Assembly (NCBI GenBank): GCA_037442365.1
Contig: JBBIQK010000003.1
Coordinates: 40,526 to 104,525, forward strand
Length of the DNA stretch: 64,000 bases
Source of the DNA: Armatimonadota bacterium
GTDB taxonomy: Bacteria > Armatimonadota > Fimbriimonadia > Fimbriimonadales > GBS-DC
Reading direction: 5' to 3'
Shown: positions 19,846 to 30,128 of the stretch, piece after piece
How the letters are laid out: every line of letters begins with the position of its first letter
How positions within the stretch are numbered: the first letter of the stretch is position 1
Program-made: the position numbers and the translations under genes
The notes under the pieces: model-generated
What the model saw: only the letters and a program-made list of their open reading frames with translations
The model's database searches: none
What the model was told of the DNA's origin: nothing

Positions 19846-20648
19846 CAGCCGTTGCCTCCATTGCGAATCGACTGCACGATGTCGCGGATGGTCGCTTCGG
19901 GCACTTCGAACACGCCCTCGCGGTTCACATAGCGCGCGGTCGGCAGCACTTTATCGATGCCGCCCGTCGCCGCGTCCAGGTCGGCGGCGATGTCGAGCAG
20001 CAGAATCGCCTCGCGCAGCGCCTCTTCCAGCGGGCGCTGGCTGAACGGTCCGTGCGTTTTGGTGATGTAGTCGAACACGCCGCGAATGCGCTCCGAGCCA
20101 GAGCCTGCCGCGCCGTATTCGGGGGTCTCGAACCGCGCGCCGCTCACATCGTAGAAGAAGATGCGCCCACTGTCCCGATCGGGGTCGTAGACGCTGAGGA
20201 TAGGGATAAACAGCCCGATTCCGCCCAGCGCGTTGGGCAGGTTCGCTGACAGCGCGCGCGAGACCTCCTGCAGTTTGCCGTCGAGGCTCATGGGCTGGAG
20301 CTGGCTGCGGGCGTAGTATTTGAACGAGTGGCGCAGGTAGCGCACGACCTCCATCGCGCGCCCATACGCGCCCGCGATGGCGACCAGCGTGTAGTCGTCG
20401 AGGGGGATGATTTTGTCGGCGCGGTCATACATCACGGCGTTGGCGGCGGTGGCGCGTCGGTCGCCCACATTCAGCACGCCGCCCTGAAACTTGAGCGCAA
20501 TCACGGTCGTGCCATGCACTTCCAGCGCAGCGTTGAGCGCGGGGTTCGGCGCGTCGATGGGACTGAGCAACGGCACGCGCACGCCCGACTGCGCCTGATA
20601 CCGCTGAAGCAGTTCATAAAAGTCGCCCGAATAGGTCTGTGTTATCAT
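19845..20648 (-). CDS. prcB: Proteasome beta subunit with propeptide
   Basis: HG/TTV processing site, GDRRAT, GSGS. Confidence 0.93.
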   Translation of the reverse strand: MITQTYSGDFYELLQRYQAQSGVRVPLLSPIDAPNPALNAALEVHGTTVIALKFQGGVLNVGDRRATAANAVMYDRADKIIPLDDYTLVAIAGAYGRAMEVVRYLRHSFKYYARSQLQPMSLDGKLQEVSRALSANLPNALGGIGLFIPILSVYDPDRDSGRIFFYDVSGARFETPEYGAAGSGSERIRGVFDYITKTHGPFSQRPLEEALREAILLLDIAADLDAATGGIDKVLPTARYVNREGVFEVPEATIRDIVQSIRNGGNG

Positions 20649-20732
20649 AGTCGTTCGCTCAGATTCGGTTGCTTGCGGACGCCCGCAGGCGATGCAGGCG
20701 TCCCCCTGGGTTTGGCGTGAAGCGCTGGTCGC

Positions 20733-20921
20733 TTACTGTCCGCTGCGCTGTCGGTAGCGGCGCGCCTGCTCCGGGTCGATTCGGCGCATGCGCTTGAGCA
20801 GCTCGTTCGTGTCGGGGCGCTTCACATCGGGCTTGCTGGGTCCGTCCCCGTCGCCGCCCGGTCGGGTCAGCGGCTCGGTCGGCACAGGGCGCCGAATACG
20901 CTCCTCCGCTCGTATCATCAT
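20733..20921 (-). CDS. ubact: Ubiquitin-like protein UBact
   Basis: 62 aa, ends RYRQRSGQ (R[ST]G[EQ] signature), lies between Dop-like gene and proteasome subunits. Confidence 0.9.
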   Translation of the reverse strand: MMIRAEERIRRPVPTEPLTRPGGDGDGPSKPDVKRPDTNELLKRMRRIDPEQARRYRQRSGQ

Positions 20922-22447
20922 TGCGGTTCCTCCTGTTTGGGTTCGCTCGCCCTGTGGGGCGCACGCAACAGTTCCACGAATTCCGTAATCGTCGCTGCCG
21001 TCGTCAGACGACGGTTCAAATCGGTTGTCTCATCCACCAGCTGGCTCATGTCCAGGCGCACGGTCTGGTCGTCGGTGCGCAGCACGATGCGCTCCCAGTT
21101 GATGCTTTCCACCTGCGCGGCGTAGCGCTGCACGCACAGCCCGCGAATGGCGGCGCGGGTATCGCGCGGCGGATTCTGCATCGCCAGGGCGATCGCCTCG
21201 GGGCTGACCAGCGTCTGCATCCGCCCCTGCTCGACCAGCGCGTAATACAGTCCCTCCGCGGGGTCTATATCATGATACGCTAAATCGAGGGCAATCATCG
21301 CAGGGGCGTCCAGGGGGACGCCTTCCGATTCGGCGAACAGGCTCAGCAACTGGCGTTTGGCGACCCAGTCCAGTCGGTCGCCCAGCGCGTCGGGGTCGGT
21401 CTCCAGCAGGTTCAGGGCGGTCTCCCACTCGCGCAACACCCAGTCGGTTTCGGCGTCGCGCCCTGCGAAGTGGTGGGCGGCGGCGCTGAGGTAATAGCGT
21501 TGCACATCAATCGCGCTCCAGACGCCCTCGCTGGTGTCCACAAGCCATTTGCCGTCGGGGTCGCGCGAGATGCGTTGCGCCGCCGCGACGGGGTCTATGA
21601 GAAACAGATTTGCCGCCCAGCCTGCCTCCAGCAGGTCCAGCACGAGCGCGGTCGCGCCGATTTTGAGCGCGGCGGCGTACTCGCTCATGTTCGCGTCGCC
21701 GCAGATGACATGCAGGCGTCGATAGGCGCGCATCTGGGCATGCGGCTCATCGCGGGTGTTGAAAATCGGGCGGCGATAGAGCGTCTCCACATTCATCGTG
21801 TCCATGTAGAAATCAGCGCGCTGGCTGATCTGATAGGGCACGCGCGGGTTCGGCGCCGCCTCCACGCCGACCTTGCCTGCCCCCGCGTAAATCATGCGCG
21901 TGGTCAGAAACGGCATCATCGTGGACGCCAGAGTATCGAACGGGATGTCGCGGCGGAGCGCGTAGCTCTCGTGCGCGCCGTAGCTGCTGCCGTGATAGTC
22001 GGTGTTGTTTTTGTAGAGCTTGACCGTCGCGCCGACGCGCTTCTGGTACGCCTGCGCGCATGCCAGCAGAATCCGTTCGCCCGCCTTGTCGTGCGCGATG
22101 AGGTCTAACAGGCGTCGGCACTCGGGCGTGGCGTATTCGGGGTGCGCGTGGTCATTATACAGGCGCGCGCCGTTCGTTAGCACATGGTCACTGCGCACCT
22201 CGCGCTCGGAGAGGCTAATCGGGTGTTCGCGCTCGATTTGCGCGTCGTTGGGGTCAACAGCTAAATGGTCCACACGGAAGCCGCGCATGTCGCGCCTGGG
22301 GTCTTCGAGCCGATAGTCCCAGCAGCCCTTCACAGCGGGGAACGGGCAGCTGCGCAGCACGCCAACGGCTTCCATCACCTGGTCTGCGACGCCACGCCCC
22401 TCCACATACAGCCCATATTCAGTTTCTATGCCTATCAGGCGGTTCAC
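20918..22447 (-). CDS. dop: Proteasome accessory factor PafA2/Dop-like deamidase
   Basis: GIETEYG, NGARLYNDHAHPEY, YKNNTD, NTRDEPH, RLHVICGD; GTG start. Confidence 0.85.
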   Translation of the reverse strand: MNRLIGIETEYGLYVEGRGVADQVMEAVGVLRSCPFPAVKGCWDYRLEDPRRDMRGFRVDHLAVDPNDAQIEREHPISLSEREVRSDHVLTNGARLYNDHAHPEYATPECRRLLDLIAHDKAGERILLACAQAYQKRVGATVKLYKNNTDYHGSSYGAHESYALRRDIPFDTLASTMMPFLTTRMIYAGAGKVGVEAAPNPRVPYQISQRADFYMDTMNVETLYRRPIFNTRDEPHAQMRAYRRLHVICGDANMSEYAAALKIGATALVLDLLEAGWAANLFLIDPVAAAQRISRDPDGKWLVDTSEGVWSAIDVQRYYLSAAAHHFAGRDAETDWVLREWETALNLLETDPDALGDRLDWVAKRQLLSLFAESEGVPLDAPAMIALDLAYHDIDPAEGLYYALVEQGRMQTLVSPEAIALAMQNPPRDTRAAIRGLCVQRYAAQVESINWERIVLRTDDQTVRLDMSQLVDETTDLNRRLTTAATITEFVELLRAPHRASEPKQEEPQ

Positions 22448-22497
22448 GGGGGAATTATACTCCAATTCACCCCGTGAGTGCAGTAGGTACAATTCGC

Positions 22498-23280
22498 ATG
22501 GTGGAACTCCTCGAAAGCTGGATGCCTGCGCATCCCATCGCGCAGGGGCTGGTCGCAGGCGTGTTTATTGTGGCGTTGAACATGGCGGGCGCGCTGCTGG
22601 TGCTGTTGTTGCGCCAGCCGTCGGAGCGCGTGCTGGATACGCTGCTGGGGTTTGCCGCAGGCGTGATGCTCGCTGCCAGCTTCACCAGCCTGATTCTGCC
22701 TGCGATCGAGCGGGGCGGCGTCGTACCTGCGCTGCTGGGCGTGGCGCTGGGCGCGCTGGCGATGGACGCCGCGGATCATCTCATTCCGCACAAGCACCGC
22801 TTCATCGGGCGCGAGGGGCTGGATGGGCGTCGTATCCGCGCGGTGCTGCTGTTCGTGATTGCGATTACGCTGCATAACGCGCCTGAGGGGCTGGCGGTCG
22901 GCGTGGCGTTCGGCGGGGGGCACTTCCGCGAGGGCGTGCTGCTGATGCTTGCCATCGGCGCGCAGAACATCCCCGAGGGGATGGCAGTCGCCTTCGCCGC
23001 GCTGGCGGCGGGGTTCGGCAGACGCTTCTACGCGGCGTTCGTGGGCGTGCGCTCAGGGCTGGTCGAGTTGCCGATGGCGGCGCTGGGCGCGACGCTGGTC
23101 TACTATCTCGCGCCGCTGGTACCCTACGCGATGGGCTTTGCGGCAGGCGCGATGCTCTATATCATCAGCGACGAAATCGTGCCCGAAACGCACCGCAAGG
23201 GACACGAACGCTGGGCGACCTTCGGATTGATAGCGGGTCTTATTGTGATGCTCTTTCTCGATGTCGCGCTGGAGGGGTAG
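22498..23280 (+). CDS. ZIP family metal transporter (GufA-like)
   Basis: HNAPEG, QNIPEG, EIVPE. Confidence 0.93.
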   Translation: MVELLESWMPAHPIAQGLVAGVFIVALNMAGALLVLLLRQPSERVLDTLLGFAAGVMLAASFTSLILPAIERGGVVPALLGVALGALAMDAADHLIPHKHRFIGREGLDGRRIRAVLLFVIAITLHNAPEGLAVGVAFGGGHFREGVLLMLAIGAQNIPEGMAVAFAALAAGFGRRFYAAFVGVRSGLVELPMAALGATLVYYLAPLVPYAMGFAAGAMLYIISDEIVPETHRKGHERWATFGLIAGLIVMLFLDVALEG

Positions 23281-23401
23281 CGCCAATCCGTCTGACAGGC
23301 TGGAGGCGCAGCTGCACTCAGTCTACGATATCGCGCTTGCCGCAGGCAGTCTCCTGGGCGCCCCGCAAGCAGAGAATCCGTCTTCTGGAAGAGCAGGCGT
23401 G

Positions 23402-23426
23402 AGGGGCAAGAGAGCGCCTTGCCCCT
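23402..23426. terminator. Hairpin between convergent genes
   Basis: AGGGGCAAG / CTTGCCCCT. Confidence 0.6.
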
Positions 23427-23437
23427 TGTGCAACGCC

Positions 23438-24475
23438 TTACCCGCGTTCGAAGGCGGCGTCGAACGCCACGCGCGACGGCTCAAAGTCGAGATGGCGCAC
23501 AAACTGGCACGCCTCGCGCGCGCCGTGTTCCCGATCCATGCCGCTATCTTCCCACTCCACCGAGAGCGGACCCTGATAGCCAATCTCGTTGAGGGCGCGG
23601 ATAATCTCCTCGAAGTCGATCGAGCCGCGTCCGGGCGAGCGGAAGTCCCAGTAGCGGCGCGAGTCTCCGAAGTTCAGATGCCCGCCAAACACACCCGACA
23701 GACGCGGCGTGTCCGACCACCAGACATCCTTCACATGCATATGGAAGATACGGTCGCGGAAGTGGCGAATGAACGCCACATAGTCCACGCCCTGATAGCC
23801 CAGATGGCTGGGGTCATAGTTGAAGCCGAAGCGCGGATGCCCGTTCACTGCCTGGATGGCGCGCTCCGCCGTCACGATATCGTAGGCAATCTCCGTCGGG
23901 TGAACCTCCAGTGCGAAGTAGACATCCTCCTGCGCGAACACATCCAAGATGGGCTTCCAGCGCGCGGCGAAGTCAGCGAAGCCCTTCTCCACAAGGTCTG
24001 GCGGGTTGGGCGGGAACGAATAGAGATAGTACCAGATGCTGCTTCCCGTGAAGCCGTTGACCACCACGCGCGTCAGCTGGCGTTTCACCTCGTCGGGCGC
24101 GGCGTTGAAGAACTTGCGGGCGGCGCGGGCGGTGTGTTGCATCTCCTCCGCCGCGCGCTGGCGCACACCTTCAGGCGAGCCGTCGCCCCACACCCGCGGC
24201 GGCAGAATCGCCTTGTGCCGCTCGTCAATCTGGTCGCAGACGGCTTGCCCCACCAGGTGGTTGCTAATCGCGAAGCACTTCAAACCGTATCGCCCCAGAA
24301 TCTCCCAGCGCGATTCGCAGTAGCCGTCCTGTGTGAGGGCTTTCTCAACATCGAAGTGGTCGCCCCAGCACGCCAACTCCAGTCCATCGTAACCGAATTC
24401 TTTCGCCTTTTGCGCCATCGTCTCAAGGGGCAAATCTGCCCACTGTCCCGTGAACAAGGTCACTGGTCGCGCCAT
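23438..24475 (-). CDS. Sugar phosphate isomerase/epimerase (xylose isomerase-like TIM barrel)
   Basis: [26 protein letters not shown]. Confidence 0.9.
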   Translation of the reverse strand: MARPVTLFTGQWADLPLETMAQKAKEFGYDGLELACWGDHFDVEKALTQDGYCESRWEILGRYGLKCFAISNHLVGQAVCDQIDERHKAILPPRVWGDGSPEGVRQRAAEEMQHTARAARKFFNAAPDEVKRQLTRVVVNGFTGSSIWYYLYSFPPNPPDLVEKGFADFAARWKPILDVFAQEDVYFALEVHPTEIAYDIVTAERAIQAVNGHPRFGFNYDPSHLGYQGVDYVAFIRHFRDRIFHMHVKDVWWSDTPRLSGVFGGHLNFGDSRRYWDFRSPGRGSIDFEEIIRALNEIGYQGPLSVEWEDSGMDREHGAREACQFVRHLDFEPSRVAFDAAFERG

Positions 24476-24576
24476 CGTCGCATTACCTCCAGAGTGAAAT
24501 TTCCCCGCGTCGCGCCTGTTTCCTGCCAGACGCCTTGAATTGCACGCACGCATGGTATAATAGGGGCGTGGAGGCG

Positions 24577-25092
24577 ATGATGAAACGGTACCTATTACCG
24601 CTGGCATTGTTGGGAGTCGCGGCGTTCCTGTTTGCGACGATGCCGTCCAGCGCGCAGCTGCGCGTGGGGCAGAAGATGCCTGAGATGACTTTCAAAGACC
24701 TCAACGGCAAGGAGGTCAAACTGGGCGGCAAGCAGGACAAGGTGTACCTGGTGGACTTCTGGGCGACATGGTGCGGTCCGTGCCGCGCCGCCATCCCCTA
24801 CTTGCAGGAACTGCACGATAAGTACAGCAGCCGCGGGCTGGTGGTGGTGGGCGTCGCGCTCGATTCGGGCACGCCAGACGAGGTGCGCGCATTCGTCGAA
24901 CAGAACAAGATGACCTACCCGATTGTGACTCCGCCGAACGAGGATGAAGTCATGCGCCGCGCTCGTGTGAAAGCCTTCCCCACGATGTATATCGTGGATA
25001 AGAAAGGGATTATCCGCTACGCCGAGGAAGGCTTCGCCCCTGAGGTGATGGAGGATATCCTCCGCGTGCTCGGTCAGACGCTGATTGAGTAG
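24577..25092 (+). CDS. TlpA-family thiol-disulfide oxidoreductase
   Basis: Signal peptide; [10 protein letters not shown]. Confidence 0.93.
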   Translation: MMKRYLLPLALLGVAAFLFATMPSSAQLRVGQKMPEMTFKDLNGKEVKLGGKQDKVYLVDFWATWCGPCRAAIPYLQELHDKYSSRGLVVVGVALDSGTPDEVRAFVEQNKMTYPIVTPPNEDEVMRRARVKAFPTMYIVDKKGIIRYAEEGFAPEVMEDILRVLGQTLIE

Positions 25093-25118
25093 ACCATCAA
25101 AGCGAGGGTGAGGAAGCC

Positions 25119-25781
25119 ATTCAGAAGGAACTGAGAATCAACAACCGAATCCGCGCCCGTGAGGTGCGGGTCATCGATTCGGACGGCAAGCAATTGGGCG
25201 TGATGCCCACGCGCCGCGCGCTGAAAATTGCCCAGGAGCAGGGCTTGGACCTGGTGGAAGTCGCGCCGACCGCGAACCCGCCCGTGTGTAAGATTCTGGA
25301 CTACGGGCGATACCGGTACGAGCAGGAAAAACTGGCAAAGGAAGCCAAGAAGAAACAGAAGGGTGGCGATATCAAAACCATCCGCCTGCGCCCTGCCATC
25401 GGCGCGCACGACATCGAGACCAAGATTCGCAACGCAATCGAGTTTTTGCAGGAAGGCGATAAGGTAAAATTCGTGGTCATTTTCCGCAGCCGCGAATTCG
25501 GGCGCCCGCAAGCGGGCGAGGCGCTTCTGCGGAAAATCGCCGAGAGCGTACAGGAGTATGGCGCGATCGACAAGCCGCCCGGGATGGAAGGCAGGCAAAT
25601 GACGATGGTCATTACGCCCACCAGAAAGCCCGCGGCGAAACCGAAAACGCCGCCTGCAGAAGGAGGTTCTGCCAATGCCAAAAATGAAGACGAGCAAGAC
25701 AGCCGCCAAGCGCTTCAAGCGCACAGCGACGGGCAAACTGATGCACAAGAAAGCCGGGAACAGCCATCTGTTCCTGAGTAA
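25119..25781 (+). CDS. infC: Translation initiation factor IF-3 (ATT start)
   Basis: In-frame ATT after SD-like GAGGGTGAGG gives IQKELRINNRIRAREVRVID; DLVEV, CKILDYG. Confidence 0.95.
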   Translation: MQKELRINNRIRAREVRVIDSDGKQLGVMPTRRALKIAQEQGLDLVEVAPTANPPVCKILDYGRYRYEQEKLAKEAKKKQKGGDIKTIRLRPAIGAHDIETKIRNAIEFLQEGDKVKFVVIFRSREFGRPQAGEALLRKIAESVQEYGAIDKPPGMEGRQMTMVITPTRKPAAKPKTPPAEGGSANAKNEDEQDSRQALQAHSDGQTDAQESREQPSVPE

Positions 25782-25872
25782 ATCGCCCGCACGCAAACGC
25801 CGACTCGACCAGGAGGGTGAACTCTTCGAGGGCGAGTATCGGCGAATCAATCGCCTGCTGGCAGGCAATTAA
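25675..25872 (+). CDS. rpmI: 50S ribosomal protein L35
   Basis: MPKMKTSKTAAKRFK. Confidence 0.97.
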   Translation: MPKMKTSKTAAKRFKRTATGKLMHKKAGNSHLFLSKSPARKRRLDQEGELFEGEYRRINRLLAGN

Positions 25873-25886
25873 GGAGGTAAGAAACT

Positions 25887-26240
25887 ATGGCGCGTGTGAA
25901 AGGCGGCGCGGCAACCCGCCGTCGCCATAAGAAGGTTCTGAAACTGGCGGAAGGCTACTACGGCGCGAAAAGCCGCCTGTTCCGCAAAGCAAACGAACAG
26001 GTGATGAAGTCGCTGCAGTACGCCTATCGCGACCGACGCCAGCGCAAACGCGATTTCCGACGCCTGTGGATTACGCGCATCAACGCCGCATGCCGCATGC
26101 ACGGCATGCGCTACCACGAGTTCATTCACGCGCTGACCGAGCGCGGCATCGAAGTGAACCGCAAACAACTCGCGGAGATGGCAGTGCGCGATCCCGAAGC
26201 GTTCGAAATGCTCGTGCAGTCGGTACGCCCAACCTCGTAG
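25887..26240 (+). CDS. rplT: 50S ribosomal protein L20
   Basis: [23 protein letters not shown]. Confidence 0.98.
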   Translation: MARVKGGAATRRRHKKVLKLAEGYYGAKSRLFRKANEQVMKSLQYAYRDRRQRKRDFRRLWITRINAACRMHGMRYHEFIHALTERGIEVNRKQLAEMAVRDPEAFEMLVQSVRPTS

Positions 26241-26247
26241 CCCCGCT

Positions 26248-27252
26248 GTGGAGACGATACAGCAGCTGCTGGAGGAAGCCGAGCGCGCAATCGCAAGCGC
26301 CCAGTCCACCACCGACCTGCAGGTGGTAGAGACGCACTATCTGGGACGCAAAGGCGCGATTGGCAATCTGCTGCGACAACTGGGCGCGCTGCCGCCGGAA
26401 CAGCGCCCCCAGTTCGGGCAGCAGGTGAACGCCGCCCGTGAGCAGCTGGAGCGACTCGTCGCCGAGCGGCGCACGGCGTTGGAACAGGCGGAACTCGCCC
26501 AGCGCATCGAAGCCGAGCGATTAGACATCACCCTGCCCGGCGCGCCCCTGCGCCCCGCACGCCTGCACCCGCTGACGCTGACCATGCAGCGGGTCAAGCG
26601 CGCGCTCATTGGGCTGGGCTTCGAATTTGTGGACGGATACGACCTGGAGCGATTCGAATACAACTTCGGCGCGTTGAACTATCCCGACGACCACCCTGCA
26701 ATGGACGAGCAGAACTCGTTTCACATCGCGCCGGGCTACCTGATGCGCACCCAGACCACCTCGATTCAGGGGCGCATCTTCGAGCAACTCCAGCGCGGGG
26801 AGCGCGCCCTGCCGATTCGAATCGCGACGATAGGGCGGTGCTACCGCTACGAGAATGTGGACGCCACCCACTCGCACACCTTCCATCAGGTGGACGCCTT
26901 CATGGTGGATGAGGGGGTGAGCATGGCGCACTTGAAAGGCGTGCTGACCCAGTTTGCGCAGCTGATGTTCGGCGCGGAGGTGCGCGTGCGCTTCCGACCC
27001 GACTTTTTCCCGTTCGTGGAGCCGGGCGTCGACTTCGCCATCTCGTGGAAGGGCGGCTGGCTCGAACTCGGCGGCGCGGGACTGATTCACCCCAACATTC
27101 TGGAACATTACGGCATCGATACGGAACGCTATAGCGGCTTCGCCTTCGGGCTGGGCATCGAGCGCATTCCGATGCTGCAGTACGGCGTGGACGACCTGCG
27201 CCTGTTTCTGGAGAACGATTTGCGCTTTCTGGAGCAGTTTCCACTGCTGTAA
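26248..27252 (+). CDS. pheS: Phenylalanine--tRNA ligase alpha subunit
   Basis: HPA, DATHS--FHQ, FPFVEP, GFAFGLGIER. Confidence 0.97.
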   Translation: METIQQLLEEAERAIASAQSTTDLQVVETHYLGRKGAIGNLLRQLGALPPEQRPQFGQQVNAAREQLERLVAERRTALEQAELAQRIEAERLDITLPGAPLRPARLHPLTLTMQRVKRALIGLGFEFVDGYDLERFEYNFGALNYPDDHPAMDEQNSFHIAPGYLMRTQTTSIQGRIFEQLQRGERALPIRIATIGRCYRYENVDATHSHTFHQVDAFMVDEGVSMAHLKGVLTQFAQLMFGAEVRVRFRPDFFPFVEPGVDFAISWKGGWLELGGAGLIHPNILEHYGIDTERYSGFAFGLGIERIPMLQYGVDDLRLFLENDLRFLEQFPLL

Positions 27253-27302
27253 GCGTCGGGCATGCCCCCGACCGAGACATTACAATCAGGGAGGTAATTA
27301 CG

Positions 27303-28229
27303 ATGAAGGTAGGAATCGTTGGCGGCGGTGGGCGCGTCGGCTCGAACGCCGCGTTCACTTTGCAACTCATTGGCGCGGTTTCAGAAGTGGTATTGCTGGA
27401 TGTGAACCGCGACGCCGCGGAAGGCGAAGCGTTAGACCTGCGGCACGGCGCGGCGTATTCGCAGCCAGTTCGATTTCGCGCGGGCGACTACGCCGACCTG
27501 AACGGCGCGCACATGGTGATTATCACCGCAGGCTTGAGACGCCGACCCGATGAGAGCCGACTGGAGCTGATTAACCGCAATGTCGGGCTGTTCCGCGAGA
27601 TTCTGGGCAACATCAAGGGCGTTTCGCTCGCCGACGACGCGATTATTCTGGTGGTTTCGAACCCGGTAGACATTCTGACCTATCTGGCGGTCAAGGAGTC
27701 GGGGCTGCCCGCCGAGCGCGTGATTGGGCTGGGCACGGTGCTGGACACCTGTCGCTTCCGCTCGTTCCTTGCGGAGCATTTCGGCGTGGCGGCGACCGAT
27801 GTGGACGCGCTGATTCTGGGCGAACACGGCGATTCGATGGTGCCGGCGTGGAGTTGCGCGACGATTGCAGGCGTGCCTATCAAAGACTACCCCGGCTACA
27901 GCAAAGAGGCGATGGACGCCGTGTTCGAGCGCACGCGCAACTCAGGCGCGGAGGCGATTCGGCTCAAGGGCGGCGCGGGCTACGCGGTGGGCGTCTCCAT
28001 CGCGCAGGTGGTGAACGCGATTGCGCTCGACACGCGCCAGATTCTGCCCGTGTCGACCCTGCAGACGGGCGCGCTGGGCGTGAGCGATGTGTGCTTCTCG
28101 CTGCCCACGCGCGTCGGACGCAACGGCGTGCAAGCGGTGATCGAAATCGGCGTCTCCGATGAGGAGCGCACTGCCCTGCAGACCTCTGCGAGCGTTCTGA
28201 AGGAGACGCTGCAGAAGGTGATGGGCTGA
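27303..28229 (+). CDS. Lactate/malate dehydrogenase family protein, probably malate-specific
   Basis: Rossmann motif, NPVD, GEHGDS; Arg at the specificity position (TAGLRRRP). Confidence 0.88.
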   Translation: MKVGIVGGGGRVGSNAAFTLQLIGAVSEVVLLDVNRDAAEGEALDLRHGAAYSQPVRFRAGDYADLNGAHMVIITAGLRRRPDESRLELINRNVGLFREILGNIKGVSLADDAIILVVSNPVDILTYLAVKESGLPAERVIGLGTVLDTCRFRSFLAEHFGVAATDVDALILGEHGDSMVPAWSCATIAGVPIKDYPGYSKEAMDAVFERTRNSGAEAIRLKGGAGYAVGVSIAQVVNAIALDTRQILPVSTLQTGALGVSDVCFSLPTRVGRNGVQAVIEIGVSDEERTALQTSASVLKETLQKVMG

Positions 28230-28558
28230 TGCCGCTGTACGAATATCGCTGCCTGAAGTGTCGGAAGCGGTTCACGCGCCTGCGGACGATTGCCCAGCGC
28301 GATGAACCCCAGCCGTGTCCCGCGTGCGGCGCGACAGAGTCGAAGCGGCTCGTCTCGCGCGTCGCACGCCTGCGCTCCGAAGACCAGATGCTCGACGACC
28401 TCGCCGACAGCATGGAGTTCGCGGGCGACCCCGACGACCCGCAGACCATGCGCCGCTTCATGCGCGAGATGAGCGCGGCGATGGACGAAGACCCCCACGA
28501 GATGGAGGAATTCTTCGAGGAGGAGCTTGCCGCCGAATCGGCTGGAGGCGACGAATGA
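28229..28558 (+). CDS. FmdB-family zinc ribbon protein
   Basis: MPLYEYRC--C...CPACG. Confidence 0.9.
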   Translation: MPLYEYRCLKCRKRFTRLRTIAQRDEPQPCPACGATESKRLVSRVARLRSEDQMLDDLADSMEFAGDPDDPQTMRRFMREMSAAMDEDPHEMEEFFEEELAAESAGGDE

Positions 28559-28962
28559 GTCTTTCCCCTGAAACGCAGGCGTTGATACGTGCGGCGCGCG
28601 AGGCGCGGGCGTACGCCTATGCGCCCTATTCGGGCTATGCGGTCGGCGCGGCGGTGCTGACGGAGGACGGGCGCGTGTTCGCGGGCTGCAATGTGGAGAA
28701 CGCGAGCTACGGTTTGAGCGTGTGCGCCGAGCGCGTGGCGGTCTTTGGCGCGGCGGCGGCAGGCGCACAGCAGCTTGTAGCCGCGGCGGTCTGCACTCCC
28801 GACGGCGGAACCCCCTGCGGCGCATGCCGACAGGTACTGCTGGAGTTCGCCGCCGCGCCCGACCAGTTCACCGTGTGGGTCGTCTCGCCCGACCGTGTGA
28901 TTGCCCGCTACACACTGGCGGAACTGCTGCCTCACGGCTTCCAGCTGCCGCGCGGGGAATAA
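28555..28962 (+). CDS. cdd: Cytidine deaminase
   Basis: AYAPYS, NVENASY, CAER, PCGACRQ; ATGA overlap. Confidence 0.95.
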   Translation: MSLSPETQALIRAAREARAYAYAPYSGYAVGAAVLTEDGRVFAGCNVENASYGLSVCAERVAVFGAAAAGAQQLVAAAVCTPDGGTPCGACRQVLLEFAAAPDQFTVWVVSPDRVIARYTLAELLPHGFQLPRGE

Positions 28963-29049
28963 TCCCGATTGGCGGGACAGAGTTCGTAATTATCGTGAAC
29001 CTGCAACGCGAGGCAGATGCCCGCGCAGTCTGACTTGATCTTTGGTATC
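28962..29049. repeat. Degenerate, internally deleted copy of the MITE-like element at 58891
   Basis: ATCCCGATTGGCGGGACAGAGTTCGTAATT resembles its left end; TCTGAC...TTGGTAT resembles its right end. Confidence 0.55.
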
Positions 29050-29082
29050 AGGCGCGCGACAGTGGAGCCGTCCCGCCCTATC

Positions 29083-29829
29083 TCAGTTCGTCAGGTGATA
29101 GTAGACAATCCCGCTCTGCTCGCTCTCGCTGGCATGCCGTTCCAGCACGAGGCGTTCCAGCAGGGTGCGCGCCTCGTGGAGCGGTATCTGGGCGACCATA
29201 CTCGCTTCGGCGACGGTGATACGCCCACCATGCTGCAGGGCATGTGCAACTACTGCGCGCTCACGAATCGCCTGCAGCGCGCCTTCGCGCTCCTTGCGCC
29301 CCGTCCAGAACAGCCACCCGCCGAGCGCGGTCATGCCCCACAGGAGAACCGTCTGGCTCAGGAACTGCCCCCACGCAGGGCGAGGCCACCAGCCGCCGTG
29401 CGCCTGGCGCGTGAGCCATGCAGAGGCGTAGTCCGCCAGCACGCCGCTCCAGATGATGACGGCAATCGCGCCCACCACTGCCAGCGCGCCGCCCAGCACC
29501 TGCTTCCATAGATACACAGGCATCATCTCCTGCGCGGCAATCGCAGGCGCCAGGTCGCGTTGCGCCTGATACGAGCGCGCCATCGCCGCATACATACTCA
29601 CACAGTGATATAACGCCACGAGAATCGCCACCAGGGAATAGGGCGTCCCGCCCCCGTGAATCCCCTCCAGCAGGCTCATGTAGAGCAGGAACCACAGCGT
29701 CAGCGCGCCCATCAGCCACAGCGCGCCGCGGAACGGCATCCGCTGCAAAAAGTGTCCCAAGCCCGGCGCCACCAGCGACGCAAACCCATAGACCTGATGC
29801 GCGGGCATCTGCAAACTCTGTACCTGCAT
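29083..29829 (-). CDS. Hypothetical membrane protein with probable C-terminal wHTH
   Basis: PGLGHF TM motif, 4-5 TMs, GGRITVAEA...EARTLLE...YYH. Confidence 0.7.
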   Translation of the reverse strand: MQVQSLQMPAHQVYGFASLVAPGLGHFLQRMPFRGALWLMGALTLWFLLYMSLLEGIHGGGTPYSLVAILVALYHCVSMYAAMARSYQAQRDLAPAIAAQEMMPVYLWKQVLGGALAVVGAIAVIIWSGVLADYASAWLTRQAHGGWWPRPAWGQFLSQTVLLWGMTALGGWLFWTGRKEREGALQAIRERAVVAHALQHGGRITVAEASMVAQIPLHEARTLLERLVLERHASESEQSGIVYYHLTN

Positions 29830-29910
29830 CGTCAGCGTCCCCCTATGGTACTTTTTATTCTACCCCATCCTGCTGATTCCTGCCAGCATGCCTCCGATTC
29901 ACCCAGAATT

Positions 29911-29992
29911 GTACCAACTGTGCGTTCATAGATCGTTCCACCCCTCCGTAAGGTTCCCTCCGCAGGCAAGGAGAACCTTATGGAGAGGGTAT
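29911..29992. repeat. Diverged copy of the MITE-like palindromic element
   Basis: GTACCAACTGTGCG...CCCCTCCGTAAGGTTCCC...GAACCTTATGGAG aligns to the reverse complement of 58997-59069. Confidence 0.7.
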
Positions 29993-30128
29993 TTACGCCT
30001 GTGAGCGCGCAAGTGATAGAACTCCGCAGGTTCCTTTCACGAAGAAGGGTACGCCCTGCATTTACCACTGCGACTGCCGATAATCCTCTCGGGCGATCGG
30101 TGTCGCTCACTTTCAGAGGAGGATTGTT

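Noticed and set aside
20733-20921. Actinobacterial Pup
   Set aside because: Ends RSGQ, not GGQ/GGE, which fits UBact
26248-27252. pheS without adjacent pheT as a novelty
   Set aside because: Split pheS/pheT occurs in many lineages
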